From NCBI GenBank assembly GCA_000004985.1, contig GG738909.1: a DNA stretch of 64,000 bases; one strand, 5' to 3'. The DNA comes from Naegleria gruberi (lineage: Eukaryota). Below, one piece after another: positions 44,531 to 54,804 of this stretch. Each line of letters opens with the position of its first letter. The first letter of the stretch is position 1. Position numbers and translations under genes: made by a program. A model generated the notes under the pieces. The model searched no databases and had not been told where the DNA came from. It worked only from the letters and a program-made list of their open reading frames with translations.

Positions 44531-45384
44531 ATGCTTAACAAATTTGAACTCAATTTTTTAACTAAAAAAAAAATGAGTTTTTCTTATGGACCTTACTATG
44601 CCGTTCACAGAGGAAGAAATCCTGGAGTCTATCTCAAATGGGATGACTGCAAGGAACAAGTACAGGGCTTCTCTGGTAATTGTTACAAGAAATTTTCATC
44701 CATAATATTTGCCGATTGGTTTGTTGAAGAAGGACCAAAGAAATTCAAAAAGAGAATTCGTTTCCATTCCAAAGATTGGGTTTCAAGTGGGAGTGAAGTT
44801 GAGGATTGTTACTATGATGATGATTTATCGGATGCTAATGATGATAGAGAAGTTTATGTTTGTGGAAAACAATTCCGAAAGAGAAGAAAGAATATTGGTG
44901 ATGAAGCGAATGATTGTAGTCATGCTCCTGTTTGTAGATATCATCTGGAGGGAAATTGTCGATTTGGAAGGAATTGCAGATTTTACCATCCTCCAAGAAG
45001 TGTTATCACAAGAATGAAAAGTAATAGTGAAGGAAATAGACATCATCCTAATGATGATCAATAAGCAATAATGAGAATCAAAAACAAAGTAGTAATAGTG
45101 TCGTTAATATTAACGTTAATAATTCTGCAACTTCAAATTCTACTACCACTTGTCCAGGAGCTAATCAAAATGCAAGTAGAAAAGTATGTAGATATTGGTC
45201 ACAAGGAAATTGCAGATTTGGAACGAATTGCTGGTTCTATCATCCAGCACCAGCAGCAATTTCATCATCATTACAAAATAATGTTACTGCTACTAATCCA
45301 TCGAATCAGCAGTCTAGTAATTCAGTAATTGTGAATTCTTCTGTGCCTGCTGAGCAAATTTATTATGATAGTAGTGATAGATGA
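44531..45384 (+). CDS. Protein with an RNase-H1-type N-terminal hybrid-binding domain (HBD / caulimovirus viroplasmin domain) and two CCCH zinc fingers. No RNase H catalytic domain is present. Reading through to the second finger needs either an intron (about 45021 or 45027 to 45157) or a -1 frameshift, so the end coordinate depends on that choice.
   Basis: HBD: SFSYGPYYAVHRGRNPGVYLKWDDCKEQVQGFSGNCYKKFSS (compare YAVxxGRxPGIYxxWxECxxQVxGYxGAxYKxF). Finger 1 is CRYHLEGNCRFGRNCRFYHP in the 44531 frame. Finger 2 is CRYWSQGNCRFGTNCWFYHP, in a frame shifted by -1 and open from 45058 to the TGA at 45382-45384. Either donor candidate (45021 GTAATA or 45027 GTGAAG) paired with acceptor CAG at 45155-45157 gives an intron length of 2 mod 3 that restores the frame. 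Confidence 0.55.
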
Positions 45385-45826
45385 TGGAGATGATTACTAT
45401 GGTGGAAGCTCGTTTAATTATGGAATGAGTTTTAATGATCTAAATATGTTGTTGTCTTATGGAGTGAAACCGTGGGATGATGATGCTGATGATTTGCTTG
45501 ATTTTCTTCATGAAATGTAATTGAATCTTTGGAATTCCTTAAAGAAATTGGTGTAAAATCTCAACATTAAGATTTTGTTCTTTACATTTACAACTGTCAA
45601 AAATAATATTCAAATATCATTCTAATGATAATTAATTCTAGAATTGGCAACAAACAAATTTAGAGCGATATCAAATTCTTGCCAAAATTGGACGTATAAA
45701 GAAAGAATTATTAATTGAAGAAGAAATTTAAATGATTAATCTCTAATCTTGTCAATTTTCTGACCACAGTTTGTAAATTGTAAATAATTCGTGCTCACGT
45801 TTCGAATAACAATTTATCAAAACAAA

Positions 45827-46033
45827 ATGGGTCAACGAAACACCAAGAAACCAGACACTCAAGAACCTGAAAATGAAACTGTATCCACTGACCTCATTGA
45901 TTGTGTAAATCTCATCATTAATGGTCAAGAATATGTCCTTATTGAAAACCATTGGGAAAACATTGAATTGAAACAAGATCCTTTATCTTATCTTTCACAG
46001 GAAGTGGAAAAATGCAAGCTATCCTCTTGGTAA
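45827..46033 (+). CDS. Possible small (68-aa) N-myristoylated protein (MGQRNT...). Hypothetical.
   Basis: ATG in an A-rich context (caaaacaaaATGg). The N-terminus fits MGxxxS/T. The track ORF starts further upstream at a GTG. No homology was recognised. Confidence 0.3.
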   Translation: MGQRNTKKPDTQEPENETVSTDLIDCVNLIINGQEYVLIENHWENIELKQDPLSYLSQEVEKCKLSSW

Positions 46034-46358
46034 CACACAACGATGATTACTATTTCAAAAGCTTTAAGGCATTACTGCCATTTTGATTATCCTTTCAATT
46101 ATAGAGAACTCTCATTCGTATATTATCATTGAACAAAGAGGTCTCATCGAAGATTAATGTTGAAATCAAATTCCACACCTTAATATATCAATTATATCAA
46201 GAGAATCATCATCAGTACGGGTTGCGGTCATTTCGTCGAACAATTCACAGAGGAAGCACTTTCACACTTTCTCTTCTGCTGAACCAAATATAAAAAACTT
46301 CAAAATATTTGAATAATTTTTTAAAAATTTTAAGATTGAAAAAAAATTCATCATCACA

Positions 46359-47801
46359 ATGACCAAGAAGAACACATCATCATCAGCAAGCTCATCCGCA
46401 TCAAAGAAGAAATCAGGAGGTGGTGGTGACGATGATATGAAATTCCTCATGGAAATGCAAAAGAAGAATGAAAAGGAAACAGTCAAACAACAACAACAAT
46501 CGAATGGATCATCGAAAAAACAAACCACCAAACAACCAAAAGATTGGCCTTCCGAACAAACTCAACCAGAACCTACAGTCCCAATCAAGTATTTATTCAA
46601 GGATGAGAAATTCCCACAGGGTGAAATTTGTGAATTAGGAACCTATGATTATAAAACCAAGAGATTTCATCCTTCCGAATTGAAGGAAGGAGCACAAGAA
46701 AAGGATGAAAAATTACAAGAACGTCTCCAGGAGGCTAGACATGCTGCTGAAGTTCACAGAACTGCTAGAAAATGGTTCAAGACTATTGTTAAACCTGGAA
46801 TGAAAGTTATTGATGCTGCTGAAACTTATGAAAATAAGGTTAGAGAATTATTGGAAGCTGATAAGAAAAAGTCTGGACTTGCTTTCCCATTGGGTTGTTC
46901 ATTGAATCATGTTGCTGCTCACTATACACCAAATAGTGGAGATGAAACTGTTATTGGAAAGGATGATGTGATTAAATTCGATTTGGGAACTCATGTTAAT
47001 GGTACAATTATTGATTCTGCATTCACAATGTGTTGGAATGATCAATATCAACCATTATTGGATGCTGTCAAAGATGCCACTAATATGGGTGTTAAGGCTG
47101 CTGGTATTGATGTCAGATTAGGTGATGTTGGTGCTGCCATTCAAGAAGTTATGGAATCTTATGAAGTTGTATGTGTTATTTTGAATACTTTGATTTATTA
47201 ATATTTTTGGATTTCAATTATTTCAATTATTTCAATTATTTGAAATTCACAAATATTCAATTAATTTATTGAACAAATTAATAATGGAATATAATAGACA
47301 ATTAATGGAAAGACTCACAAGGTTAGAAGTATTGAAAATTTGTGTGGTCACTCTGTTGAAAGATATCGTGTCCATGCTGGTAAATCAGTTCCAATTGTTG
47401 CTACTGAAGAAAATACCAAGATGGAAGAAAATGAATTTTTCGCTATTGAAACTTTCGGTTCTACTGGTAAGGGTTACATCAATGAAGAAGGTGTCTGTTC
47501 ACATTATGGCAGAGAATACACATACAATGGTGATGGTTCTGAATTGAGAAATAAGGATTCTAAAGATTTACTCAAAGTTATCAATGAAAACTTTGGATCC
47601 ATTCCTTTCTGTCGTAGATACTTGGACAGAATTGGCCAAAAGAAATATCTTACTGCTCTTCGTGATTTGGTAAACAATGGTATTGTCAATGAATATCCAC
47701 CATTGGTTGATGTTAGAGGTTGTTACACTGCTCAATTCGAGCATACTATTTTCTTGAGACCAACCTGCAAGGAAGTTTTGAGTAGAGGATCCGACTATTA
47801 A
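46359..47801 (+). CDS. Methionine aminopeptidase 2 (MetAP2). Two exons, 46359-47168 and 47298-47801, with a 129-nt intron at 47169-47297 (GTATGT...TATAG). The N-terminal poly-K and acidic block is typical of MetAP2.
   Basis: [35 protein letters not shown] and [11 protein letters not shown]|[34 protein letters not shown]. Also [12 protein letters not shown] and [24 protein letters not shown], nearly collinear with human METAP2. Confidence 0.9.
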
Positions 47802-48924
47802 ATGCATTTTACAAAAATCTCCTTTAAGAATATAATACAACAACACGACAACTGTAGTCGACATTTTTGACATGTCATGTAGTTCTGTAGTGGAACTATA
47901 TGATGGACTGTACGACTCATCAACTCTAGTTTCTAACACGAATCTGATGGATGCAAAAATGTCATTCAAAATAAATAATCCCAATTCCTTCCTCTAATTT
48001 CAACGATTCTACTTGCATTTCCTCCAATTCACTTGGAACTAAGGTGTAAACTCTCTAATTCCTAGGTTTAAATCCTTAAAGAAACTCTCAAAGTGAACAA
48101 CCTTTGGACATCCTTGGACATTTTTCGTTCTCTTTCCATCTTCACAACAATAACCACCACAATCCAATGGACATCCTCATGATATCCTCGTGCCATCAAG
48201 ATCGATCTCAGTAGTAGCACCAACGACGAATGAATCAATTAAAGAGATCAACTACGACACTTTAAAGCGATTTGTACGACCATTCAATGCGCTCAAAAAG
48301 CGTTGTTCTATGTTTTTTTTAATATGCAATAATCTGCTTAACAACGAACGTCCATTAATAAAGCGTTCTATTCATGCTTGGGGAATTTTCGCGCCCAGCG
48401 GCCCATAAATGAAAAAACTTTTCAAGTTTGAAATCTTTTCAAATATTATTGAAAAAAAACACACAACATTGATCACCTTCAAGTTCAAAGCACGTGAATT
48501 GCTGCTTACGAGAAGATTTTGAATCAAGTTTGAGATTCAATTAAAGATATCGAATTTTTTGAGTTTTGGATTGACTAATTTCAATTCATATACAAAATAG
48601 GTGAATTAACAATTCAGATTGTACAGCATAGAATCGAGTTTCAAATCCTAATATATAAAAAGAGCAATTTAATCATAGACTAATAACAATGATACCAACA
48701 TCCTCCTCCTCATTGCCGTCATCATCATTACTCTCAAAGATTACTCCACAACAGGAACAACAAATTGAGGATGGAGAAGAAGAATTAACTGAATACAATG
48801 CATTATCAATAACAAAACCTCATGATCATCATCAGCAGCAGCACACCAGCAGCATTCAGTTTCACCCTCAACTACCTCCACTTCTTCATCAGCATCAATA
48901 GATGAAAGTTATAAGTGCTACGAA

Positions 48925-50184
48925 ATGTCCACCACTATTCACGATAATACAACACATGGAGAGCACTTAGAAGTTAAATCTCCACTGTTCATACAGCAGA
49001 ACACTTCAAAATCATCATCATCAACAACCTATTATAGTAGTTACGACCATGTACAAATACAAACAGTAGAAATGACCAAGGCAGAGAATGCGAAATTGTT
49101 TGGAAATGCAGTGGATTGGATATTGAATGCGATTGTGTTGCCAGTGCTCAATTGGACTAGTATTCCAATATTGATATTTTTCATATTGATGAGCAACTTT
49201 CAATTGATTGCTTTTGAATGGTTATTCGAATCTGAGGGAGATTTTTTCAATACTGTAGATTTTGATATCATTGCAACAATTGACAAGTATTTAATGTTTG
49301 GATTGGCAATGCCACACGAATTGTTGGCCAATTTGTATCATCCATTCTTGGATGTCTTCTTTGCCATTCCATATCTGGCTCACTTTGTCTATCCACTTGC
49401 AGTTTATCCAGTCATTGTTTGCATTTTCCTGTGGAAACCTAACAGAGAATCATTGAAAGAAACAGTCATCATACCAACCTATCAAATGCTTCGACGATTC
49501 ATCCCTGGAAAGAGTTCGACCAATGAATCTTCACTCAATGATGATATTGTTTCGTCCTACACTGGAAATTCAACCGATTCCTCCATCTCTCCAAAATATC
49601 AAGTTTCTAACTACAAACTCAAATGCTACTTACTCTCATTGGGTGTCATTTCAATCATTCAGGTTACATTATGTTTCTTCTTCCCAACAGCGCCACCTTG
49701 GTTCAGAGATAACACCATTAAATATGAAGAATACTATGAGATGATTGGTGATGCAACACTCGATATGCCACTTCCAGTCTTTCCACTCTATGCACCAGAG
49801 GCAAGATTTGAAATGGTTGATCGTTTAATTGGTTATGAATTATTTGCAGGAATTTATGGAAAGGGAACTATCAAGTTTGGAAGTTTCTACTCCCTTCATG
49901 TTGGTTGGACTGCCATTATTACCTTTATTGAACTATTTGTTGTTTATAAGCAAGAATCAAATGTTGATGAAGAAAGTTTGACAAGAAGTGAAAAGAGTGG
50001 AAAATCTTGGACTTTTTATCAAATATTCATGATTCAATATTTGGTTTGGATTTTCCTGGCGAGTATGTACTCTGCTCATCACTTTATGATTGATGGACTT
50101 GTGGCAGTCGTGCTGGCAGTTATTATTACAAAATTGTCAACCATGATTATTAAGAATGATTCAAAACCAAAAAAAGAAAATTAA
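48925..50184 (+). CDS. PAP2-superfamily multi-pass membrane protein resembling inositol-phosphorylceramide synthase (AUR1) or sphingolipid synthase. An upstream ORF at 48689-48901 in another frame may be an N-terminal extension (frameshift) or may be unrelated.
   Basis: About 6 TM helices. Phosphatase-like C2 and C3 motifs FYSLHVGWTAI and SAHHFMIDGLVAV (SxH ... HxxxD). ATG at 48925. Confidence 0.5.
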   Translation: MSTTIHDNTTHGEHLEVKSPLFIQQNTSKSSSSTTYYSSYDHVQIQTVEMTKAENAKLFGNAVDWILNAIVLPVLNWTSIPILIFFILMSNFQLIAFEWLFESEGDFFNTVDFDIIATIDKYLMFGLAMPHELLANLYHPFLDVFFAIPYLAHFVYPLAVYPVIVCIFLWKPNRESLKETVIIPTYQMLRRFIPGKSSTNESSLNDDIVSSYTGNSTDSSISPKYQVSNYKLKCYLLSLGVISIIQVTLCFFFPTAPPWFRDNTIKYEEYYEMIGDATLDMPLPVFPLYAPEARFEMVDRLIGYELFAGIYGKGTIKFGSFYSLHVGWTAIITFIELFVVYKQESNVDEESLTRSEKSGKSWTFYQIFMIQYLVWIFLASMYSAHHFMIDGLVAVVLAVIITKLSTMIIKNDSKPKKEN

Positions 50185-50506
50185 AAAAAAGAAATAAAAA
50201 AGTAAAAAAGAAATTTAACATAAAAATTGACAACTTTTTGGAGAGAATCCAAATTAAAAGTAATATTTTAATTGTAATAGTTGATTGTGCCAGTTACTCT
50301 ATTATTTGAAAATTGTATCATAAATGTTTTCGTCTGAAATGATTAATAGTTGGCAAGTAGCAACAGTCATGATGGACCAGTTCAATCAGAATCCAACGGT
50401 TTGGAATATTGGAAAGAATGTGAGAAGCAAACTAACAATTAAGGTGGTTGCATTGAAAAGTAAAACTTGAACTAGTGAAAAGAACTGGTGAAAAAACAAA
50501 TAAACA

Positions 50507-50790
50507 AAAAAGACTACAGCACCACAGGTTCCCAAGTTGTCTCCAACCTCAGTACTGATGTGGCTCGACGATGCTTAACTTCTCAAATCGGACGGGATGA
50601 GGTGCATTCATCGTGATATGGCCGTAGCCATTCATAAACCTAAAATATGAAATATAAATGTATTATGATTATAAAAAGATTGAAAAAAATCAATTTCAGT
50701 GAATTACAACATTAGGGTAGTTCAATAACTTGAATTTATTATTCAAGTACAATAACCATTGATTTCTGATCGTGATATTTCCACTTGATT
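50507..50790. repeat. Segmental duplication, copy A. It holds the 5S gene, its ~110-bp 5' flank and the last ~50 bp of the 848-aa ORF. Copy B is at 54138-54400.
   Basis: Positions 50507-50657 are identical to 54138-54288. The block tagttcaataacttgaatttattattcaagtacaataaccattgatttctgatcgtgatatttccacttgattgg is ~90% identical to 54327-54398. Confidence 0.8.
50509..50629 (-). rRNA. 5S ribosomal RNA gene, copy 1.
   Basis: The reverse complement reads GGCTACGGCCATATCACGATGAATGCACCTCATCCCGTCCGATTTGAGAAGTTAAGCATCGTCGAGCCACATCAGTACTGAGGTTGGAGACAACTTGGGAACCTGTGGTGCTGTAGTCTTTT. That is about 120 nt with the conserved 5S blocks (CTACGGCCATA, CCGTCCGAT, GAAGTTAAGC, AGTACT, TGGGAA, GGTGCTGTAG) and a T-run Pol III terminator. 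Confidence 0.9.
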
Positions 50791-53285
50791 GGATCTGTTT
50801 CGAGTGGAGGAAACATGATTCCAGTCTTATTGTAATTATATCCTCTTGAAATGGCAAGAAGGAAAAAGTCTCTGTTTTGCTTCAAGTGTTTCGGCAGCTC
50901 ATTCAAGTTGTTAGCATTGGCTCTCACTGCCAATTCAGCAATTTCCAAGTCCTCCTTCAAATGATCTGGGAAATGAACGTAACTGTTTGGATATTTAAGT
51001 AAGGTAGCTTTGGCAAGTTTGCTATTTAACTTGAATCTTGGTGGTAAATTGTTAATATCAACAAATGTTGGTGTTTCCATAATTGCCCTTTCTACAATTT
51101 CCTCATCAATGATACTCTGATCAATATTTTCAAAGCAAAGATATTTTGGACTCTCGTTTCTTAAATATTTACAGCATTCGATTGTGTATAAAACCATTTC
51201 TCTATCTTTTTGGAACTTTTCACTCATAACTAAAATTTTAGGGAAATTCCTGACTGCAATCTTGAACAATTCTGGATTGTTGTAGACCTTCTCGTCAAAC
51301 ATGAAAATATTAGTTCCAAACTCTATGGATTTCTTTATCCACTCAATATTTTTCATTACCTTATTATAAAACATTGGTATTACAGTCATGTCACATCCAG
51401 ATTCCACAATAATATTACAAATTTCGTTATTATCTTGAATTTCCTTTGAAAATCTCTGCAATTGATAAGGGAAAGCTTTCAAAGTCCTCTTGGCGAATTC
51501 AAGATTAGTAGTTAAAAAATCAGGTGTGCATTTTTTTCTCTCGATTTGCTTATTTTTTACAGTGTTGATTTCATCGTGTTTAATTTCCCAAGTGGTTTCA
51601 GATCTGAAATTTTTTCTGCAACTGTAAATAAATAATTGATCCAATACTGGAAAATATGGCGCAGCTTCGAGTATCAGTTCCATTTCGTTTTCCAACCATG
51701 TATTTCTGAAATTTTTACAAATTGTTGGATAAATTGGCACAATTTGCTTCATTAATTCGGTATCTTCTCTCAATTCTGTGTGAAGATGCTTGTACAGAGT
51801 AGGTTGATAAACTTCCTTATTCTTCAAATTTTGACATGCCAATTTGAATAAATTTGCCTGGACTTCAAGGGGAACAGTATTATCACATATTACACTTGTA
51901 AAGTTTTCACCAAGGAGTGATATTGCCGATTTACACAATTCAGGATGTTTTTCAAAGTGTCTCCATTCTATTGGAATATTTCCAAATGTTGATGGAGCTA
52001 ATTTGATAATTTCTGAAAAATCATTTTCAGTATAAGTATACTTTTGAGCTGATTTGATATTGTACTCTGCCATGAATTTCAAACCATCAGGAATAGTTTT
52101 AAAAACCCTTCCTAAAAATTCGTAATCTCTCTTATCTAGTACCTTATTTTCAATCACTCCATAACATGAAGTTTCGAATACTGGACCGTAAACTCTATCA
52201 TCGTTCGTAAGGAAAGCCTCCATAATCACATCCTTGTCTTGAATTAGAGATGGATGCAGAGTAATCTTTTCAAAATTTTGCAATTTCTTGTGCGTAGGCA
52301 TTTTGGATCCGTGATAGAAAATCTCTCTGAAATGGTTCAGGAAAAATATAACAAAATCCTTGTTTGATTTCAGATCTTCTGGTAAATTCTGGAAGGGGAT
52401 CAATGATAAACGAGCTAACAGGTAATAAATTGAATTATTCTTGATGGATGACAAGAATTTGGAAAGCCATTGATCCTTTGTCTTATCTACATATAATTTT
52501 TTCTTGACATTGTCAAATTCTGGATAATCGGTTGGACCATATTGATCTATTTCCTTTGGTCCCCGAGGGAATGTAATAGATTCCTCAATTCTTTCATAAA
52601 GTTGTGGAATAATCTCTCCTTGTGAAACTGACAATTCTAAAAGGTCTATTAACTCGTTCCAAATTCCATATTCTTTCTGAAAGAGATGGTACTCCGAATG
52701 GGATTGACGAAGGTGTGCTTTTTTCAAACTACGAGTATCGTACACTTTGAAATTTTGAATCACAATCGCAAGACACTTGTCAATATTCTTCAACAGCGAT
52801 TCTGGACAATCTTCCAAATTTTTCAAGTGAATTCTGCAATAATAATTCAAACAATCAGCCTTCAAGAATTTGAATTTTCCCAACAAGTAATGCACAACCG
52901 ACCTCATCAACTTGTCATCCGATGGCAACTCATTAAAATCATTCATTTCACGAATAGTTGAACTGTACTGTAATAGGTTAATCACCCTAAAGGCTTTATA
53001 CAAATTACTATTCACCACTCGGAAGTAAAATTGCTGATCGACAAGCATTGCCTCGAGCATTGTTTTTGGATCAAGAAAATCACTCACATAATCTTGAATT
53101 TCGGGTAACAAATTTCGGAATGGAAAAAAAAAGGATGATGAGGATGATGAATCGACAAGCATTGCCTCGTCCTGACTTGTTTCCTGATGATGATTCTTTG
53201 GTTCATCATGGAGTGTACCTGTTGTTGATGGTTCTTGCATTTTTTTTTGATGTTCTTTAGTGGTAGATTCATTGTAAAAGTTCAT
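50739..53285 (-). CDS. An 848-aa repeat protein. After an acidic and S-rich N-terminus it has ~45-aa internal repeats with the pattern D..E....AV..N...L..LP..LK.N..F.L.A, reminiscent of DUF4116-type repeats. Function unknown.
   Basis: Long ORF with an ATG start. The recurring motifs include FPDHLKEDLEIAELAVRANANNLNELPKHLKQNRDFFLLAI, ELFKIAVRNFPKILVMSEKFQKDREMVLYTIE and TELMKQIVPIYPTICKNFRN. Confidence 0.6.
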   Translation of the reverse strand: MNFYNESTTKEHQKKMQEPSTTGTLHDEPKNHHQETSQDEAMLVDSSSSSSFFFPFRNLLPEIQDYVSDFLDPKTMLEAMLVDQQFYFRVVNSNLYKAFRVINLLQYSSTIREMNDFNELPSDDKLMRSVVHYLLGKFKFLKADCLNYYCRIHLKNLEDCPESLLKNIDKCLAIVIQNFKVYDTRSLKKAHLRQSHSEYHLFQKEYGIWNELIDLLELSVSQGEIIPQLYERIEESITFPRGPKEIDQYGPTDYPEFDNVKKKLYVDKTKDQWLSKFLSSIKNNSIYYLLARLSLIPFQNLPEDLKSNKDFVIFFLNHFREIFYHGSKMPTHKKLQNFEKITLHPSLIQDKDVIMEAFLTNDDRVYGPVFETSCYGVIENKVLDKRDYEFLGRVFKTIPDGLKFMAEYNIKSAQKYTYTENDFSEIIKLAPSTFGNIPIEWRHFEKHPELCKSAISLLGENFTSVICDNTVPLEVQANLFKLACQNLKNKEVYQPTLYKHLHTELREDTELMKQIVPIYPTICKNFRNTWLENEMELILEAAPYFPVLDQLFIYSCRKNFRSETTWEIKHDEINTVKNKQIERKKCTPDFLTTNLEFAKRTLKAFPYQLQRFSKEIQDNNEICNIIVESGCDMTVIPMFYNKVMKNIEWIKKSIEFGTNIFMFDEKVYNNPELFKIAVRNFPKILVMSEKFQKDREMVLYTIECCKYLRNESPKYLCFENIDQSIIDEEIVERAIMETPTFVDINNLPPRFKLNSKLAKATLLKYPNSYVHFPDHLKEDLEIAELAVRANANNLNELPKHLKQNRDFFLLAISRGYNYNKTGIMFPPLETDPIKWKYHDQKSMVIVLE

Positions 53286-53522
53286 ACTTCATTGAATTTG
53301 CATTACCTGACACATTACAGTGTTGCCTAGAGTGATATCTCTACAGCAGGAATACTCTCAAATTTAAAATTCCTTAGATCTCTCTATGAATCCACTGGTG
53401 GCAATAATCTCTAACAGAATCAAAAAAATGATAAATTTATCAAGATTGATTTCTTTTTATTTTACAACAATAAATATTACAAAATATGATACAAAAACTC
53501 TTCTGAAAAACAAGCAGAAAAA

Positions 53523-53765
53523 TTAATCACGCTTTGGCTTTTCTGGAAGAATTGGTGCCCAATCGAATGACATTGGATCACGAACATCAATTGGTCTATG
53601 GAATGTAACCATTTCTGCTTCATTATTTGGAGTTGTACTTGGAATTCCAAAGTAGGTTTTGCACATTTGAGTGAAAATATAGGATCCAGCAGCAACGGTA
53701 GTGAAAATAGTCAATTGCTTGAAAGGTTTCTTGGCTTGAAGGTAGTGGAAGTTAATGGTGGACAT
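53523..53765 (-). CDS. Small 80-aa single-pass membrane protein (MSTINFHYLQAKKPFKQLTIFTTVAAGSYIFTQMCKTYFG...). It could be a small respiratory-complex or membrane accessory subunit. Unassigned.
   Basis: ATG start, one hydrophobic helix, a proline-rich C-terminus and a compact gene-like context. Confidence 0.35.
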   Translation of the reverse strand: MSTINFHYLQAKKPFKQLTIFTTVAAGSYIFTQMCKTYFGIPSTTPNNEAEMVTFHRPIDVRDPMSFDWAPILPEKPKRD

Positions 53766-54137
53766 GATGTTAGAGATTAATTCGGTTAGTTGATTTTTTT
53801 CTGTTTGGTTTTATTCGAAATGCTGGTTTTTGAGGTTTTCATGATCAAGAACCTTGTTATCGACATGAACTGTTTGGAGAAATGATTCTTCTTTCATGGT
53901 TTTTTTGATTTTTTGAGTGACGTTTGTTTGTGATCTCTGTTTTACAATGAAAAGATTCTTAATACAAAATATGATTCTTTTGAATGTTGAAAAACCTATT
54001 GCATGACAATTTTATTCTTCAGATTAAATACCATTCTTAAATGATCCTTTTCAATAACAATAATTTCTTCTATTTATTGAAAAAAACTAAATTTTGGAGT
54101 TCGCTCCAGAAATAAAGGATTTTATTGTTTCATGGTA

Positions 54138-54400
54138 AAAAAGACTACAGCACCACAGGTTCCCAAGTTGTCTCCAACCTCAGTACTGATGTGGCTCGAC
54201 GATGCTTAACTTCTCAAATCGGACGGGATGAGGTGCATTCATCGTGATATGGCCGTAGCCATTCATAAACCTAAAATATGAAATATATATGTATTCACCT
54301 CATCAAAGACGCAAGAATTGTTCGTGTAGTTCAATAACTTAAATTTATTCAAGCACAATAATCATTGATTTCTGATAGTGATATTGCCACTTGATTGTTA
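54138..54400. repeat. Segmental duplication, copy B: the 5S gene plus flank plus a remnant of the neighbouring gene's 3' end.
   Basis: See copy A. Confidence 0.8.
54140..54260 (-). rRNA. 5S ribosomal RNA gene, copy 2, identical to copy 1.
   Basis: The same 120-nt sequence as 50509-50629, read directly. Confidence 0.9.
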
Positions 54401-54440
54401 GAACCATATCTCCCTTGATAGACAACATGAGCTGATTATT
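54327..54440 (-). pseudogene. 3'-terminal fragment (last ~25 codons plus the stop) of a paralogue of the 848-aa repeat-protein gene. It has no upstream ORF.
   Basis: The minus-strand translation ...SIKGDMVLTIKWQYHYQKSMIIVLE* matches ...NKTGIMFPPLETDPIKWKYHDQKSMVIVLE* from 50739-50815. An in-frame TAG lies 15 codons upstream of the fragment. Confidence 0.6.
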
Positions 54441-54804
54441 TACAACAATGGATGGGACACATTCCTATTCAATCACATCAAATGTTATATGTTCAAAACC
54501 ATCCATCAATCCAATTTTCCATCTCTTCATCTCTCTTAAAACCAACTCATCAAAATATTTTTTTAAATTTCGTATCACCACGGAATTCCCGCCTTCTTGT
54601 TCAGTTAAGGTTGCTATTGTCTGCTTATTCGCACCAACAAAAGAAAATAAAACAACAACAATAATAGTGTATCATCTATTAATATAACAATAAAAACACG
54701 GGAGGCATCCATCGTGTAATAATACATTGAGTATAGGTCTTTGGAAAAATTCAGTGAGAGGTTGAGAAAAAACAAATTCGTAAATAATAACGACTAGAAA
54801 AAAA

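Noticed and set aside
45791-46033. Elongin C or Skp1-like identity for the small MGQRNT protein (VNLIINGQEYVLI versus VKLISSDGHEFIV).
   Set aside because: The similarity is limited to one beta-strand-like segment and downstream motifs do not align. It is kept as a low-confidence hypothetical CDS only.
47169-47297. A possible microsatellite or mobile element in the MetAP2 intron (ATTTCAATT x3.5).
   Set aside because: It is a short simple tandem repeat wholly within an intron. No terminal inverted repeats or target-site duplications are present.
47568-47984. A 138-aa minus-strand ORF overlapping the 3' end of MetAP2.
   Set aside because: It is antisense to a highly conserved MetAP2 exon and shows no independent support.
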